Shown here: positions 63,773 through 64,000 of the stretch, one piece after another
Layout of the letters: each line of letters begins with the position of its first letter
Position numbering within the stretch: the first letter of the stretch is position 1
Assembly (NCBI GenBank): GCA_018729555.1
Contig: JAHHQG010000026.1
Span: 259,329 to 323,328, forward strand
Direction of reading: 5' to 3'
From: Clostridiales bacterium
GTDB taxonomy: Bacteria; Bacillota; Sulfobacillia; RBS10-35
Length of the DNA stretch: 64,000 nucleotides
The notes under the pieces: generated by a model
What the model was told of the DNA's origin: nothing
Seen by the model: only the letters and a program-made list of their open reading frames with translations
Databases searched by the model: none
Translations under genes and position numbers: made by a program

Positions 63773-64000
63773 ATGCCGGGCATCGGACCTTCTTCGTGGC
63801 AGCCGTCCCTGCCCCCCCAAGATGACGACGAGCTGACGCCGGAGCGGCGGGACGAGCTCATCAACTGGCTGCTGGAGAAGATCGACCGCTGGAAGCTGTA
63901 TACCCCCGCCATCCTCCTGGTGGAGGGCATGCGGCCCCTCCACTATATCGGAGCCCAGATGGCCTTTTTCGGGGCTCCTTATCTCAGCATCCTGGGGGCG
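63773..64000 (+). CDS. uncharacterised membrane protein G (5' part; runs off the window)
   Basis: ATG 63773 follows GGAAGGAGG. The frame is open to nt 64000: MPGIGPSSWQPSLPPQDDDELTPERRDELINWLLEKIDRWKLYTPAILLVEGMRPLHYIGAQMAFFGAPYLSILG. It is absent from the ORF track because no stop lies inside the window. Confidence 0.6.
   Translation, partial: MPGIGPSSWQPSLPPQDDDELTPERRDELINWLLEKIDRWKLYTPAILLVEGMRPLHYIGAQMAFFGAPYLSILGA

Noticed and set aside
1-64000. rRNA and tRNA genes, CRISPR arrays, insertion sequences, integrases or prophage remnants.
   Set aside because: Intergenic space is minimal. The only gap above 200 nt (18844..19244) lacks tRNA T-loop or tmRNA/RNase P/SRP signature strings. No direct-repeat arrays or transposase or integrase-like ORFs were seen. 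The DUF360 'holin family' protein stands alone without lysis or phage genes.

Overview
Overview: this is a gene-dense, visibly G+C-rich chromosomal segment. Third codon positions are mostly G/C, and long spurious antisense ORFs are everywhere. Gene content and local synteny match a spore-forming Bacillota (Firmicutes)-type organism, probably a high-GC thermophile-like lineage; I cannot name the genus from sequence alone.

Content: I call about 68 CDS and no rRNA, tRNA, CRISPR or mobile element. Most of the window is housekeeping:
- secA and prfB (with the classical +1 frameshift)
- a TagA/CsaB/glycosyltransferase/O-antigen-ligase-like cell-wall polymer cluster
- ftsEX plus M23 and S41 peptidases
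- uvrB-trpS-uvrA-(GerA-like)-uvrC
- a DUF2089/SHOCT/DUF4097 module
- rapZ-yvcK-whiA fused head-to-tail with a polyprenyl synthase, rex and cdaA-cdaR-glmM
- an amino-acid ABC transporter
- a DUF2267-MoxR-DUF58-DUF4129 operon
- yojF-bshB2, serS, sufB, acpS-alr

Many adjacent genes overlap by 1 to 4 nt (ATGA, GTGA, TTGA), which indicates long translationally coupled operons.

Main candidate for something undescribed: the last 6.6 kb (57407 to the window end). It holds at least seven co-directional genes:
- two tandem pairs, each a bitopic membrane protein with a roughly 200-aa soluble domain followed by a polytopic membrane protein
- a GlmL/MutL/EutA-like ASKHA (actin/Hsp70-fold) ATPase with no B12 enzyme beside it
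- a protein combining repeated barrel-sandwich (lipoyl-like) motifs with a KOW-like C-terminus
- a further membrane protein cut by the window edge

Secondary points of interest:
- a roughly 400-nt structured non-coding region upstream of the S41 peptidase gene (riboswitch-like layout)
- a perfect 8-bp inverted repeat inside the DUF2089 promoter
- an orphan GerA-family gene inside the uvr cluster
- a probable non-canonical (ATT/ATC) start for the ABC ATPase

Limits: all family assignments come from motif recognition by eye. No searches or computations were run.
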